Assembly (NCBI GenBank): GCA_018658955.1
Contig: JABIPM010000012.1
Location: 1-42,492 of the forward strand
DNA: 42,492 nucleotides
Source: Candidatus Woesearchaeota archaeon
GTDB taxonomy: Archaea > Nanobdellota > Nanobdellia > SCGC-AAA011-G17 > UBA489
Direction: 5' to 3'
Each line of letters opens with the position of its first letter. The stretch's first letter is position 1. Shown here one piece after another: positions 27,751-36,722 of the stretch. A program made the translations under genes and the position numbers. The notes under the pieces were generated by a model, which worked only from the letters and a program-made list of their open reading frames with translations, searched no databases and was not told where the DNA came from.

Positions 27751-28485
27751 TCAAACCTTAAACCGTTCTACGCATTCTTCTTCCATGAAGTGCATATCCC
27801 CCGGGACAATTATACATTGAGGTTTTTTTTCAACAAAAATAGTTCCGACACCACCATATTTAATTTCTGGTTTAGCTCCGCCTAATCCTCCACAAACAAC
27901 CACCATTTCACTAGTACTTAATCCATGTTTAATTAAATAATCTAAACCCTTTCTTGCAGTCATTAAATTAAATTCTTCATTTTCATTTTTTACATCTAAC
28001 AAAATTAAAGTATGTAATCCCATTTTTTGATTTTCCACCATCATTTCATAAGGGCTAGAAATTCCTTCATTTTCTTTGGGAATAGTTATAACTCTTCCAT
28101 ATTTATACAAACTCATTCCAACAATACCAACTGCACCTAAAATTCCTGCATTATCAATTACTGTAGATTCTACATCAAGATCATCTGCTCTTCTAAGAAT
28201 ATCCAAATGTGTAGTTGCACCCAATGGACTTCCAACAATCAATAACGCAACATTACCCTCTCTCGCAGGCATTATCATCTCATCTTCACAATTTTTTTCG
28301 ACCATGTCTCTGTCTGCAAAGATAATTTCCTTACCATAAAATTCCTGCATTTTATCAATATCAAAATCAACTTGTTTACTCGTATAACATTCTAAGAAGA
28401 CTTTATCGCAACTTTTTACTGCTTCTAAACCTTTCACAGTAATATCTTTCTCATCACCCATCCCAATACCTATTAAGTAAAACAT
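27751..28485 (-). CDS. dph5: Diphthine synthase
   Basis: YLIG.G..DEKDITVKGLE, E.YTS, ATTH, LYKYG, GLHTL.LLD and HFME motifs. Confidence 0.93.
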   Translation of the reverse strand: MFYLIGIGMGDEKDITVKGLEAVKSCDKVFLECYTSKQVDFDIDKMQEFYGKEIIFADRDMVEKNCEDEMIMPAREGNVALLIVGSPLGATTHLDILRRADDLDVESTVIDNAGILGAVGIVGMSLYKYGRVITIPKENEGISSPYEMMVENQKMGLHTLILLDVKNENEEFNLMTARKGLDYLIKHGLSTSEMVVVCGGLGGAKPEIKYGGVGTIFVEKKPQCIIVPGDMHFMEEECVERFKV

Positions 28486-28519
28486 ATATGTTGGAGAATT
28501 CTACAGTATAAAAAGTTAG

Positions 28520-29143
28520 CTAAATTTCAAATTCAAGCTTATTATACGCCCTAGCCATTAAAGAGTCAACATCGCATTGTAAATATGCAAGTTCCGATAA
28601 AATATCATCTCTATCTTCAGCATAAATACAATAAGGAGATTCAATTAATTCCTCAATGTCCCTCTGGGCCAAAGCAAGTACTTTATGTGAAAAGAATGGT
28701 TTTGTTTCTACATGAGGTTTAATAATTTTAATAGTTCCACCAATATAATCAAAATCTCCCCTCAATTCTTCAAAAGCGTGAAAATCCTTAAATTCAATTC
28801 CATGATATGCTTTTTCAGAATAATCTTCAAGTGTAAGGTGTACATCACTCAAAATTTCTTGCATTTTTAATTTATCCTCACCATTAGAATGAATAAAATA
28901 AACTGAATTATTAAGTGATTCGACTCCTTTTTTTACTAAAACTATTTGATCTAAAGCAAAATAAGGTTTATCGTTTAAATGTGGCATAATTTCTTTTATT
29001 TGAGCATATAATCCAAATAATTCATCTTCGTGGAATTTATAACCGTCAAATCCCGACGCCATAAAATTAAGATCAGTTTTACTAAATTGATAGTTTTCCT
29101 CATCATTATTTTCAAAATTTCTTCTCATTTTAGTTGATAACAT
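28520..29143 (-). CDS. Hypothetical acidic protein (207 aa)
   Basis: Long ORF; no recognised motif. Confidence 0.6.
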   Translation of the reverse strand: MLSTKMRRNFENNDEENYQFSKTDLNFMASGFDGYKFHEDELFGLYAQIKEIMPHLNDKPYFALDQIVLVKKGVESLNNSVYFIHSNGEDKLKMQEILSDVHLTLEDYSEKAYHGIEFKDFHAFEELRGDFDYIGGTIKIIKPHVETKPFFSHKVLALAQRDIEELIESPYCIYAEDRDDILSELAYLQCDVDSLMARAYNKLEFEI

Positions 29144-29160
29144 ATATACTCTAGGATATA
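29136..29160 (-). repeat. Second copy of the 25-bp element, inverted relative to 25242-25266
   Basis: Direct sequence comparison. Confidence 0.6.
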
Positions 29161-29212
29161 CTTTATAGTCTCAGAAACCCTTCAACCACTTATAAGGTTA
29201 ACTATTAGAAAA

Positions 29213-30676
29213 TTAATGTGTTTTAACCACTTTTCCAACCACGCTTCTCAGCATATGGTCAACTATCTCAAGATCATATAATTTGCCGATTTCAATCCTG
29301 TCTTTAACGCCAACAATCAAGGGATAACTCCCCATTTGTCTTCCAAATGTATGATTTCCATCGTGAACTTCCATTTTAACATTTTTCAAAATAGTTCCGC
29401 TAGGCACAAGATTTTTTAACATCTCAAAATCAACTTCTTTCCTAATCTTATTTCTCCATTTCCAATAATATTTCTTATTCTTCTTCAAGAATTTAGTTCC
29501 AACATCCCACATAGCAGTTCCAGGTAATGGTGTAACTTGTCTAATATTAATTCTTCTCAACAACAATCCTTCATCCAATATTTTTTTCAAATATTCATAA
29601 TTTAATTCACCAGTTTTTTTACTTTCACCTTTTAAACCAAATACTAAATTCAAACCGGGCAATAAGTAATGCATTCCATTTGGTCCTCGTTTAGCTCCAA
29701 ACTTATTAATAATCTTAACTGCATTCAATGCAACATCTGGAGAGGTATTCAAAGTATTTTGTTTTACAACTTCCATATCAAAACTTTCAACACCAAATGC
29801 AGCAATATTTCCTTCAGTACAATGTTTCACAATACATTTAGTTCTTTCCTCATTAACTAAAGAAGGAATCATATTATCTATATGTAAACAATCTAAGTTC
29901 AATTTACTTTCTCTTCCAATTGGTTTCAATAATTTATCTAACTCTTTAACATCCATTCCCTTATAACTTAAAATACAAGTTTGTTTACCTAATCTAAAAT
30001 TTCTTTCACCCATATCATAAAATGTTTTAATTTCTTTATGAATATCTTTTTGATCTCTCCATTCAACTTTTGATTTTAACGGTTCAGTACAAAAACTACA
30101 TTTACCCATTATACATCCCCTACCAGTTTCAATTTCAATCATTTTCCCCCAAGGAATCTGTTTAGCAATAGAAGCCCCCTTAACTGCATATTCACGCATC
30201 TCAGCATAATCTCCATAAACTTCTTTCATTTCTTCAACAAATAAACCAGAAGGAATCTTTTCAGCCATCTTTCCACCTTCTAATTGAGTTCCAGTGCTAA
30301 CAACAGGACCATAAAGAATTTTATCTGCCTTAATATTTTTAGTTAAAATTTCTATTTCTTTTACAGTTCCAGGTAAAGCACTCAAATATTTCCCGGGAGT
30401 TTGCATTCCAACTACACAAAATAATCTTTTTGTTTTTTCTAAAATTTCTCCAATATTATTTCTAGTTAAATTATAAATTTTAATATTGGTTTTTTGTCCA
30501 TCTTTTTTCTTATTTTTGTATTTAACATAAAATCTTAGATCATCAATAGTAACATAATTTACTTTTCCTTCCAAATAGCCTGCGAGATATCTCGGATGCA
30601 CTCCCAAATATGGAGGGACACCTAAACCAGAAGGTTCATCAGTATAACAATCCAAGATAGTATCTTCATATATCAT
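29213..30676 (-). CDS. Radical SAM protein, COG1031-like, with C-terminal TRAM-like domain
   Basis: N-terminal D.YTDEP.GLGVPPY; ETGRGC....CSFCTE, RRINIRQV and GRQ.GSYP motifs. Confidence 0.85.
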   Translation of the reverse strand: MIYEDTILDCYTDEPSGLGVPPYLGVHPRYLAGYLEGKVNYVTIDDLRFYVKYKNKKKDGQKTNIKIYNLTRNNIGEILEKTKRLFCVVGMQTPGKYLSALPGTVKEIEILTKNIKADKILYGPVVSTGTQLEGGKMAEKIPSGLFVEEMKEVYGDYAEMREYAVKGASIAKQIPWGKMIEIETGRGCIMGKCSFCTEPLKSKVEWRDQKDIHKEIKTFYDMGERNFRLGKQTCILSYKGMDVKELDKLLKPIGRESKLNLDCLHIDNMIPSLVNEERTKCIVKHCTEGNIAAFGVESFDMEVVKQNTLNTSPDVALNAVKIINKFGAKRGPNGMHYLLPGLNLVFGLKGESKKTGELNYEYLKKILDEGLLLRRINIRQVTPLPGTAMWDVGTKFLKKNKKYYWKWRNKIRKEVDFEMLKNLVPSGTILKNVKMEVHDGNHTFGRQMGSYPLIVGVKDRIEIGKLYDLEIVDHMLRSVVGKVVKTH

Positions 30677-30682
30677 AAAATC

Positions 30683-31189
30683 CTAATTCTTCAAAGACTT
30701 ATAAGCATATGCCCAACAGAACCCTGAAACTAAAGCTAAAACGTAATTAGCATCAAAATATTTCCCAAAACTTATCCCTAAAATTAACAGTGCAACATAT
30801 GGTAAACTCACAAAAAATAATCCACTTTCTTTCCACCTAATTCCACTCTCAAACATAAATATCAAAAACACCAAAGTTCCCAAAACCAATCCAAGATTAC
30901 CACTAACTACTCCGACACCCAATCCTAAAACTGAAAACAAATTATTCAACAATTTTCCCATCAACATTCCAAAAACAACTAGTAATGCCAACTCAGTTAC
31001 AAAGTTAACATTAAAAAACCAAAAAATACCAATCAAAAACAAACAAACATTTCTTCCTAATTTAAACAGTCTTTCACCAACTTCCATTTCTTCCGGTGCA
31101 ATTCTAGTTAAAATATAACCAAAGACCAATCCAAGAAATCCATATAATCCAATCCATAAAGATTCACCCCAAACCATATATCTTAACAA
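30683..31189 (-). CDS. Multi-pass membrane protein
   Basis: About six hydrophobic segments. Confidence 0.7.
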   Translation of the reverse strand: MLRYMVWGESLWIGLYGFLGLVFGYILTRIAPEEMEVGERLFKLGRNVCLFLIGIFWFFNVNFVTELALLVVFGMLMGKLLNNLFSVLGLGVGVVSGNLGLVLGTLVFLIFMFESGIRWKESGLFFVSLPYVALLILGISFGKYFDANYVLALVSGFCWAYAYKSLKN

Positions 31190-31254
31190 TCAGTTTCTTA
31201 TAAAAAACCTTCCATCAAAACGTTTAAAAGCCTAAAATCAGGCAAAAAACCACA

Positions 31255-31644
31255 ATGAAACACCTAAAACAAGATTTATACATGGTAAGAATTAGTGATA
31301 CGAAGCCATATTTTGCACCAATTCAATCACTTTCGGCTAGATTAGTTGAAGAAGAAAAAATACCCAGTTTAGTAGAAAGAGTGAGATCCAAAGAAGATTT
31401 ACATAACCCTCGAGATGGATCCATACACCTAGCATCCGTGTATTTTACAAAGAAAGAAAATGCAGAAAATTTCAAAGAAGAGTTAAAATTTGCAAATTTA
31501 TATGAAGGCATAGAAATTGAGTATCTTGGAACAGTTAAAGACCATTATGAAAATATAGTAAAATTGGCATATGAAAAATCAAACAACAATTCTTTAAATT
31601 CAGAAGCCTTCCTAGGGCATCAACAGATTAGGAAGCTTATTTAA
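31255..31644 (+). CDS. Hypothetical protein (129 aa)
   Basis: ORF with a TATA-like element upstream. Confidence 0.55.
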   Translation: MKHLKQDLYMVRISDTKPYFAPIQSLSARLVEEEKIPSLVERVRSKEDLHNPRDGSIHLASVYFTKKENAENFKEELKFANLYEGIEIEYLGTVKDHYENIVKLAYEKSNNNSLNSEAFLGHQQIRKLI

Positions 31645-31669
31645 ATTTTAATTTTATATTTATATTAAA

Positions 31670-33724
31670 ATGTGTGGAATAACTGGAGCAATAAACCTAG
31701 AAAATCACAAAGAAATAGCTAGCAACGCATTAAATAAAATTCTTTATAGAGGAATAGATAATAAAAAAATACATTCAGAAAATAATTTTACTTTTGCACA
31801 TTGTTTACATTCTATTGTGGGAAACAAACCACAACCACTAATAAAAGGAAATTTCATTTTTGGTTCTAATTGTGAAATCTACAATTGGAAAGAACTAAAA
31901 GAAAAATACAACTTAAATTCAGAAAATGATGCAGAATTATTATTTGATTTACTAATTAAAAAACTAAACAAGCCAGAAGAACTAAACTCAATTCTAAAAG
32001 AAGTAAGTGGAGTATTTGCTTTCTTCTTACATAATAAAAAAGAAAATTACACAATACTGGCAAGAGACCTATTAGGAGAAAAACCATTATGGTTTTACAA
32101 TAAAGATTCCTTAATATTTGCATCAGAAAGAAAGGCAATAGCTTCAAAGGAAATAGAACCAGAAGAACTAAATCCTAGAAAAATATTATTATTTAATCAC
32201 AAAACAAACAAATTAACATTCTTACATCAAGATTTCTTCAAAATAGAACCAGAAAAGTTAAACAAAGAAAACCTAAAACGATTAATAAAATCTTCAATTT
32301 TACAAAGAGTTCCAAACAAACACCTAGGAATACTGTTCTCAGGAGGTTTAGACTCAACACTATTAGCACATATCTTAACAAATAACAATATTCCATTCAC
32401 TGCATATATGACCGTCTCAGAAACAAAAACAAAAGAAATAGAAAACGCAGAAAAGATTGCAAAAGAACTAAACTTCAAATTAAAGTTAGTAAAAACAAAC
32501 AAAGAACAGATTATCAAAGAATTACCAAAAATAGTTAATTTAATTGAAACTGCAGACCCAGTTAAAGTGGAAGTAGCAACCACACTATATTTTTCTCTAC
32601 AGGCAGCCCAAAAAGACAACATTAAAGTAATTTTCTCAGGGGTTGGTGCAGACGATATTTTTGGGGGTTACAAAAGAATGCATCAATCTCAAAACATAAC
32701 CTTAGATTCATTATCTAACCTAAGAAGGATTTATGAAAGAGATCTTTACAGAGATGATGTTCTTTCAATGGCACACAACATAGAACTCAGATTACCGTAC
32801 TTAGACAAAAAATTAGTTCAAGCTTGTCTTAATACTCCGGATGAACATAAAGTCTCTGAAACTCCAAAGAAATTAATGAGAGAACTATCTCGAGAATTAG
32901 GATTATCAAAAGAACTATCTCAACTAAAAAGAAATGCTGCACAATACAGTAGTGGAATAGGAAAAGTAATTTCAAAAATTGTAAAAGAAAAGGGCCAATA
33001 CAAGGCAGAATACTTTTCAAACATTCTAAAAAGGAAAAATATCAAACTAGGTGCATTATTTTCTTCTGGTAAGGACAGCGTATACGCATTACATATCCAA
33101 CATAGACTAAATTATGAAGTTTCCTGTTTGATCACTATAGACAGTCAAAACAAAGACTCATTCATGTTTCACACGCCAACAATAGAATTGGCAGAAACAC
33201 AGGCAGAATGTTTAGATATTCCAATCATTCTACAAAAAACAAAGGGGGAAGAAGAAAAAGAACTAACAGATTTAGAAGTAGCACTAACAAGAGCAAAGGA
33301 AAAATATCAAATACAGGGAATAATTACTGGTGCAATTTTTTCAAACTATCAAAGAACAAGGATTGAAGAAATCTGTGACAAACTAAATCTAAAATGTTAC
33401 TCCCCATTATGGCACATGGATCAAGAAACTGAAATGAAAAACTTAATTCAAAAGGATTACAAATTTATCATGACTAAGGTTGCTGCAGAAGGATTAGATA
33501 AATCATTCCTAAATAAAATTGTAACACAAACAGAATTAGACAAGTTAGTTAAATTAAATAAAAAATTACATATTAATGTTGCAGGAGAAGGAGGGGAATT
33601 TGAAACTCTAGTTTTGGATGCACCATTGTTCAAATCAAAATTAAAGATAGAAGAATCAGAAATTATTGAAGAAAAAGATGGTTCTGCAACATTAATCATA
33701 AAGAAAATTTCAAAACAAGAATAA
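31670..33724 (+). CDS. Fusion of asparagine-synthetase-B-like (GATase + synthetase) and diphthine-ammonia ligase (Dph6) domains
   Basis: N-terminal MCGI, RG, EIYN, RD..GEKPL, SGGLDS, SG.GADD.FGGY and ELRLPYLD, followed by S.GKDS, SFMFH, YQRTR, PLW and GEGGEFET.V.D.PLF. Confidence 0.9.
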   Translation: MCGITGAINLENHKEIASNALNKILYRGIDNKKIHSENNFTFAHCLHSIVGNKPQPLIKGNFIFGSNCEIYNWKELKEKYNLNSENDAELLFDLLIKKLNKPEELNSILKEVSGVFAFFLHNKKENYTILARDLLGEKPLWFYNKDSLIFASERKAIASKEIEPEELNPRKILLFNHKTNKLTFLHQDFFKIEPEKLNKENLKRLIKSSILQRVPNKHLGILFSGGLDSTLLAHILTNNNIPFTAYMTVSETKTKEIENAEKIAKELNFKLKLVKTNKEQIIKELPKIVNLIETADPVKVEVATTLYFSLQAAQKDNIKVIFSGVGADDIFGGYKRMHQSQNITLDSLSNLRRIYERDLYRDDVLSMAHNIELRLPYLDKKLVQACLNTPDEHKVSETPKKLMRELSRELGLSKELSQLKRNAAQYSSGIGKVISKIVKEKGQYKAEYFSNILKRKNIKLGALFSSGKDSVYALHIQHRLNYEVSCLITIDSQNKDSFMFHTPTIELAETQAECLDIPIILQKTKGEEEKELTDLEVALTRAKEKYQIQGIITGAIFSNYQRTRIEEICDKLNLKCYSPLWHMDQETEMKNLIQKDYKFIMTKVAAEGLDKSFLNKIVTQTELDKLVKLNKKLHINVAGEGGEFETLVLDAPLFKSKLKIEESEIIEEKDGSATLIIKKISKQE

Positions 33725-33891
33725 TGACATTAATTATTGACATACGCTGTCCAAAATGTGGGAAATACCAGAAAATGGAGATCAGAAATCCCAAAATGAC
33801 AGTGTTTAACAAACCAGATTTAACAGGAAAAAGAAAAGTTTGTATTTGGTGTGAAAAATCATTCAAAGTTGGGAAAGATACGGTTCAATAG
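33724..33891 (+). CDS. 55-aa zinc-ribbon protein (not in ORF track)
   Basis: MTLIIDIRCPKCGKYQ...KVCIWCEKSFKV; TAATG coupling to the upstream gene. Confidence 0.75.
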   Translation: MTLIIDIRCPKCGKYQKMEIRNPKMTVFNKPDLTGKRKVCIWCEKSFKVGKDTVQ

Positions 33892-33960
33892 CTCAATTAT
33901 AAATAACACCCACTAAATCCTCTAATTCTTTAAAAATATAATACCTTTAGGATTAATACG

Positions 33961-34965
33961 ATGATTAAATGGAGCGCTACAAAACTAAAAGATGCAACAG
34001 AATGCATGTTTAAAATTTATTTAAAATATGAAGAAAAAATCAAATCTAAAGAAAACTACGCCCTCGCTTCAGGAAAACACGTTCACTCTTTCTGTGAAAA
34101 ATTTAATGATCACAGACTAAAGAGAAATAATTATGAATCTGCAGAAAGTTTTGCAAAACAAGGAGCATATATGTGGAATAATTTAGTTCTTCCACCGAAA
34201 AATTTAGAAGAAAAATTTGAAGGAGAAAAATGGGCAACTTACAACATAATGAAAAACTGCCTTACAAATTTCTACGAATTCTATGGCGATAGGGAAAAAC
34301 CACTAGATGTTGAAAGAAGATTTGTATTAGGTATTGAAGATTACTTAATTGAAGGGTACATAGACATCATAGACAAACCATTCAAACATATCGATCTTAA
34401 AACTGGTTATCATTTACCCACAGAACAAGAATTAAAGAATGATTATCAATTTACAATTTATGCAGCGGCAATACCTTTCTTAGCACAAAGAGATCAAAGA
34501 TTACGGGAAATGTTTCAATTAACTAAAGCTCAAGAAAAAACACTGGACAATAATCCTTTGGAATTAATGGAAGAAGTTACTGGTGAATTCTATCACATGC
34601 GTTCAGGAACATTTGTTCCAATCAAAAAAACAAAAAACGATTTACTCGAATTATTAAACACTATTGAATCAGTATCTCACAGAGCAGAACAAGGAGATTT
34701 TACTCATCATAGAGGCAGGCACTGTGATTGGTGCTTATATGGAGATAAGTGTAACGAATATAGAAATAATGACCAGATAATTCTTCCAGAACCAATCAGA
34801 GAAAAGAAAAGTAAAGGATTATTATTTGACATTCATAACAATCCACTAAAACTACATTCAGAATTACCTCAAATCAAATCAATTAGAACTCCTGCAAAAG
34901 GTGGTAAAAAGAAAAAACCTAAAAAATTAACCAAAAAAGATACACCATTATTCAATGACCTTTAA
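33961..34965 (+). CDS. PD-(D/E)XK nuclease, Cas4/AddB/RecB-like, with 1+3 Cys cluster ligands
   Basis: S.T......C, G...H, E, GYID, DLKTG, Q..IY and CDWC.....C motifs. Confidence 0.85.
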   Translation: MIKWSATKLKDATECMFKIYLKYEEKIKSKENYALASGKHVHSFCEKFNDHRLKRNNYESAESFAKQGAYMWNNLVLPPKNLEEKFEGEKWATYNIMKNCLTNFYEFYGDREKPLDVERRFVLGIEDYLIEGYIDIIDKPFKHIDLKTGYHLPTEQELKNDYQFTIYAAAIPFLAQRDQRLREMFQLTKAQEKTLDNNPLELMEEVTGEFYHMRSGTFVPIKKTKNDLLELLNTIESVSHRAEQGDFTHHRGRHCDWCLYGDKCNEYRNNDQIILPEPIREKKSKGLLFDIHNNPLKLHSELPQIKSIRTPAKGGKKKKPKKLTKKDTPLFNDL

Positions 34966-35663
34966 CGTTCACTTTCTTTGATTATATTTTCTAATTCAGT
35001 ACGTACTGCTTTTCGTGCAGCCCTTCTTAATTTAGCACCATAACTATTAACAGAATCTTGTTTTAGAACAACAATTTCAATTGGCCCGCCAGTATACAAA
35101 TCATCGGTTTGTTCAATTGCTTCGTAAGCATATCTTAATGCATTTGCATGACTAATCCCTTCCTGATCTAAATATTTAGTATCCATTCTTTTTTCTAAAT
35201 AACTCCTAGCAGAGTCACTGCCAGAACCAATAGTCAAATAATCTGTAGTTTCATCTTCATAGACTGGACGTTCTAAAACATTGCCCATTTTATCTACAAA
35301 ATACATTCCTACTTCCGGTTTAGAAGATGCTAACAAAAAGTGTGCAGAACAATCATCACCGTATTTTTTAGCAATTTTGGTATTGAGTTCATTAACTTCT
35401 GCAAAATATTTATTATTAACTGCATTCTCAATTAAATTACTAGAACTGCTTTCACTTCTCAAATTTTTAAAAAAACTTCTCAAAGGAGGACAATAAATGC
35501 CTGCAAAACCCATTGCCCAATCTTTTCCAGTTGCAATTTTATTAAATCCAGTAACTTTCGAAACAGGTATTCTATTGTCTTCAACATCAGTCATTTGACT
35601 ATCTGCTGCAAAAATTATTTCTTTAGCTCCAGAATATGCTTTAATTCCTATAATTGCTGTCAT
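34962..35663 (-). CDS. Proteasome-beta/HslV-like Ntn hydrolase without propeptide
   Basis: M-T1, AADS, KI, FAG, GSG and D.YTGG motifs. Confidence 0.75.
   Translation of the reverse strand: MTAIIGIKAYSGAKEIIFAADSQMTDVEDNRIPVSKVTGFNKIATGKDWAMGFAGIYCPPLRSFFKNLRSESSSSNLIENAVNNKYFAEVNELNTKIAKKYGDDCSAHFLLASSKPEVGMYFVDKMGNVLERPVYEDETTDYLTIGSGSDSARSYLEKRMDTKYLDQEGISHANALRYAYEAIEQTDDLYTGGPIEIVVLKQDSVNSYGAKLRRAARKAVRTELENIIKESER
35632..35659 (+). repeat. 28-bp direct repeat, copy A (inside the 5' end of the Ntn hydrolase gene)
   Basis: gaatatgctttaattcctataattgctg; 27/28 identical to 36354-36381. Confidence 0.85.
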
Positions 35664-35762
35664 TGCTTTCTAAACTAATCAAGAGGCATATTTAACCTTT
35701 ATTGCAGTTAATCATCAGAACTTATAAAGAAACAAAAAATTTCCGAATTTTTCAAAGAAAGA

Positions 35763-35795
35763 TTTATAAATATGAAAAATATGATTAATCATATT
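35763..35795 (+). promoter_or_regulatory. TA promoter: TATA TTTATAAA plus perfect 18-bp palindromic operator AATATGATTAATCATATT (35778-35795)
   Basis: Palindrome lies between the TATA box and the AbrB start codon. Confidence 0.7.
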
Positions 35796-35799
35796 AAAA

Positions 35800-36078
35800 A
35801 TGAACTTAGATATTACCAAAATGGGAGAAAGAGGGCAAATAGTTATTCCTCAAGAAATTAGAGAAAAATTAAAGCTCAAACAAGGAGAAAAATTTTTAAT
35901 TATTAATGATGGAGAAGATATAATTTTTAGACCTTCAAATAAAATAAAATCATTAAAACAATTAGAAGAAGATATAATAGATATGCAAATAGCAAGTAAA
36001 CGGTGGAAAGAAATAGAAGAAGGTAAATTCTCTAAATCAAAAGAAAAAGAATTCTTGAAAGAACTAAAGAATTGGTAA
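35800..36078 (+). CDS. AbrB/MazE/SpoVT-family antitoxin
   Basis: KMGERGQIVIPQEIREKL.LK.GE motif; acidic helical C-terminus. Confidence 0.9.
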   Translation: MNLDITKMGERGQIVIPQEIREKLKLKQGEKFLIINDGEDIIFRPSNKIKSLKQLEEDIIDMQIASKRWKEIEEGKFSKSKEKEFLKELKNW

Positions 36079-36082
36079 AATA

Positions 36083-36340
36083 ATGGAAATAATTCAAACC
36101 AATTCCTTCAAAAAATCAATTAAAAGATATAAAAAAGATAAATTGTTAATTAAAAGATTAAAAAATCAAATTAAAAAAATAATTAAAAATCCTGAAATTG
36201 GAGATTTCTTAAAAAATAATAAAAAAGGAGAAAGAAAACTATACGTTCCACCATTTAGACTATTATATTCTTTAAATTCAAATAAAAATACTATCTATCT
36301 TTTAGATTTTGATAATAGGGACAAAATATATAGAAAGTAA
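36083..36340 (+). CDS. RelE/ParE-family toxin
   Basis: T..FKK..K, NPEIG..L, R......FRLLY and R.KIY motifs. Confidence 0.85.
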   Translation: MEIIQTNSFKKSIKRYKKDKLLIKRLKNQIKKIIKNPEIGDFLKNNKKGERKLYVPPFRLLYSLNSNKNTIYLLDFDNRDKIYRK

Positions 36341-36720
36341 TTAAAAATCCTCCGAATATGCTTTAATTCCTATGATTGCTGGACCTTCATTTTCTACAAT
36401 AAATCTATAGGCATATTCGGGATAGTCATTTTCTTTAGTTACAAGTTCCCCTTCTTTAAAATCAGCAAGTACAGATTCTGCCTCAAGATTCACAAAATTA
36501 TACAAATCTTCATAATTGTAAATATAATCATCTTGATCTTTAATTTCAAAAACATAAATACTTGGATCAGAAAAAACTCGATATTTTTCAGTTTCATAAT
36601 CTAAATTTGCCCTAAGATCCCTACCAAAAACTGTTTTAAATGACTGTAAAACTATCCATTTACATCAAAAAATAACCTCTCCTCCGATGAATCAAATAAT
36701 ACAAACCCCGCAATTGCGTA
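36341..36720 (-). pseudogene. Start-less, frameshifted gene remnant ending in a copy of the Ntn hydrolase N-terminus
   Basis: Frame 36664-36341 is open for 107 codons without an ATG and ends ...EGPAIIGIKAYSEDF*. An upstream frame (YAIAGFVLFDSSEERLFFDVNG) joins it by a 1-nt shift and abuts the Fic stop. Confidence 0.55.
36354..36381 (+). repeat. 28-bp direct repeat, copy B
   Basis: gaatatgctttaattcctatgattgctg. Confidence 0.85.
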
Positions 36721-36722
36721 TA

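Noticed and set aside
27701..27754. N-terminal extension of the 415-aa ORF
   Set aside because: It spans a TATA-like element and precedes the signal-like sequence; ATG 27700 is the better start.
33961..34965. Cas4-like nuclease as a sign of a CRISPR-Cas locus
   Set aside because: No repeat-spacer array and no cas1/cas2 or effector genes were seen in the window.
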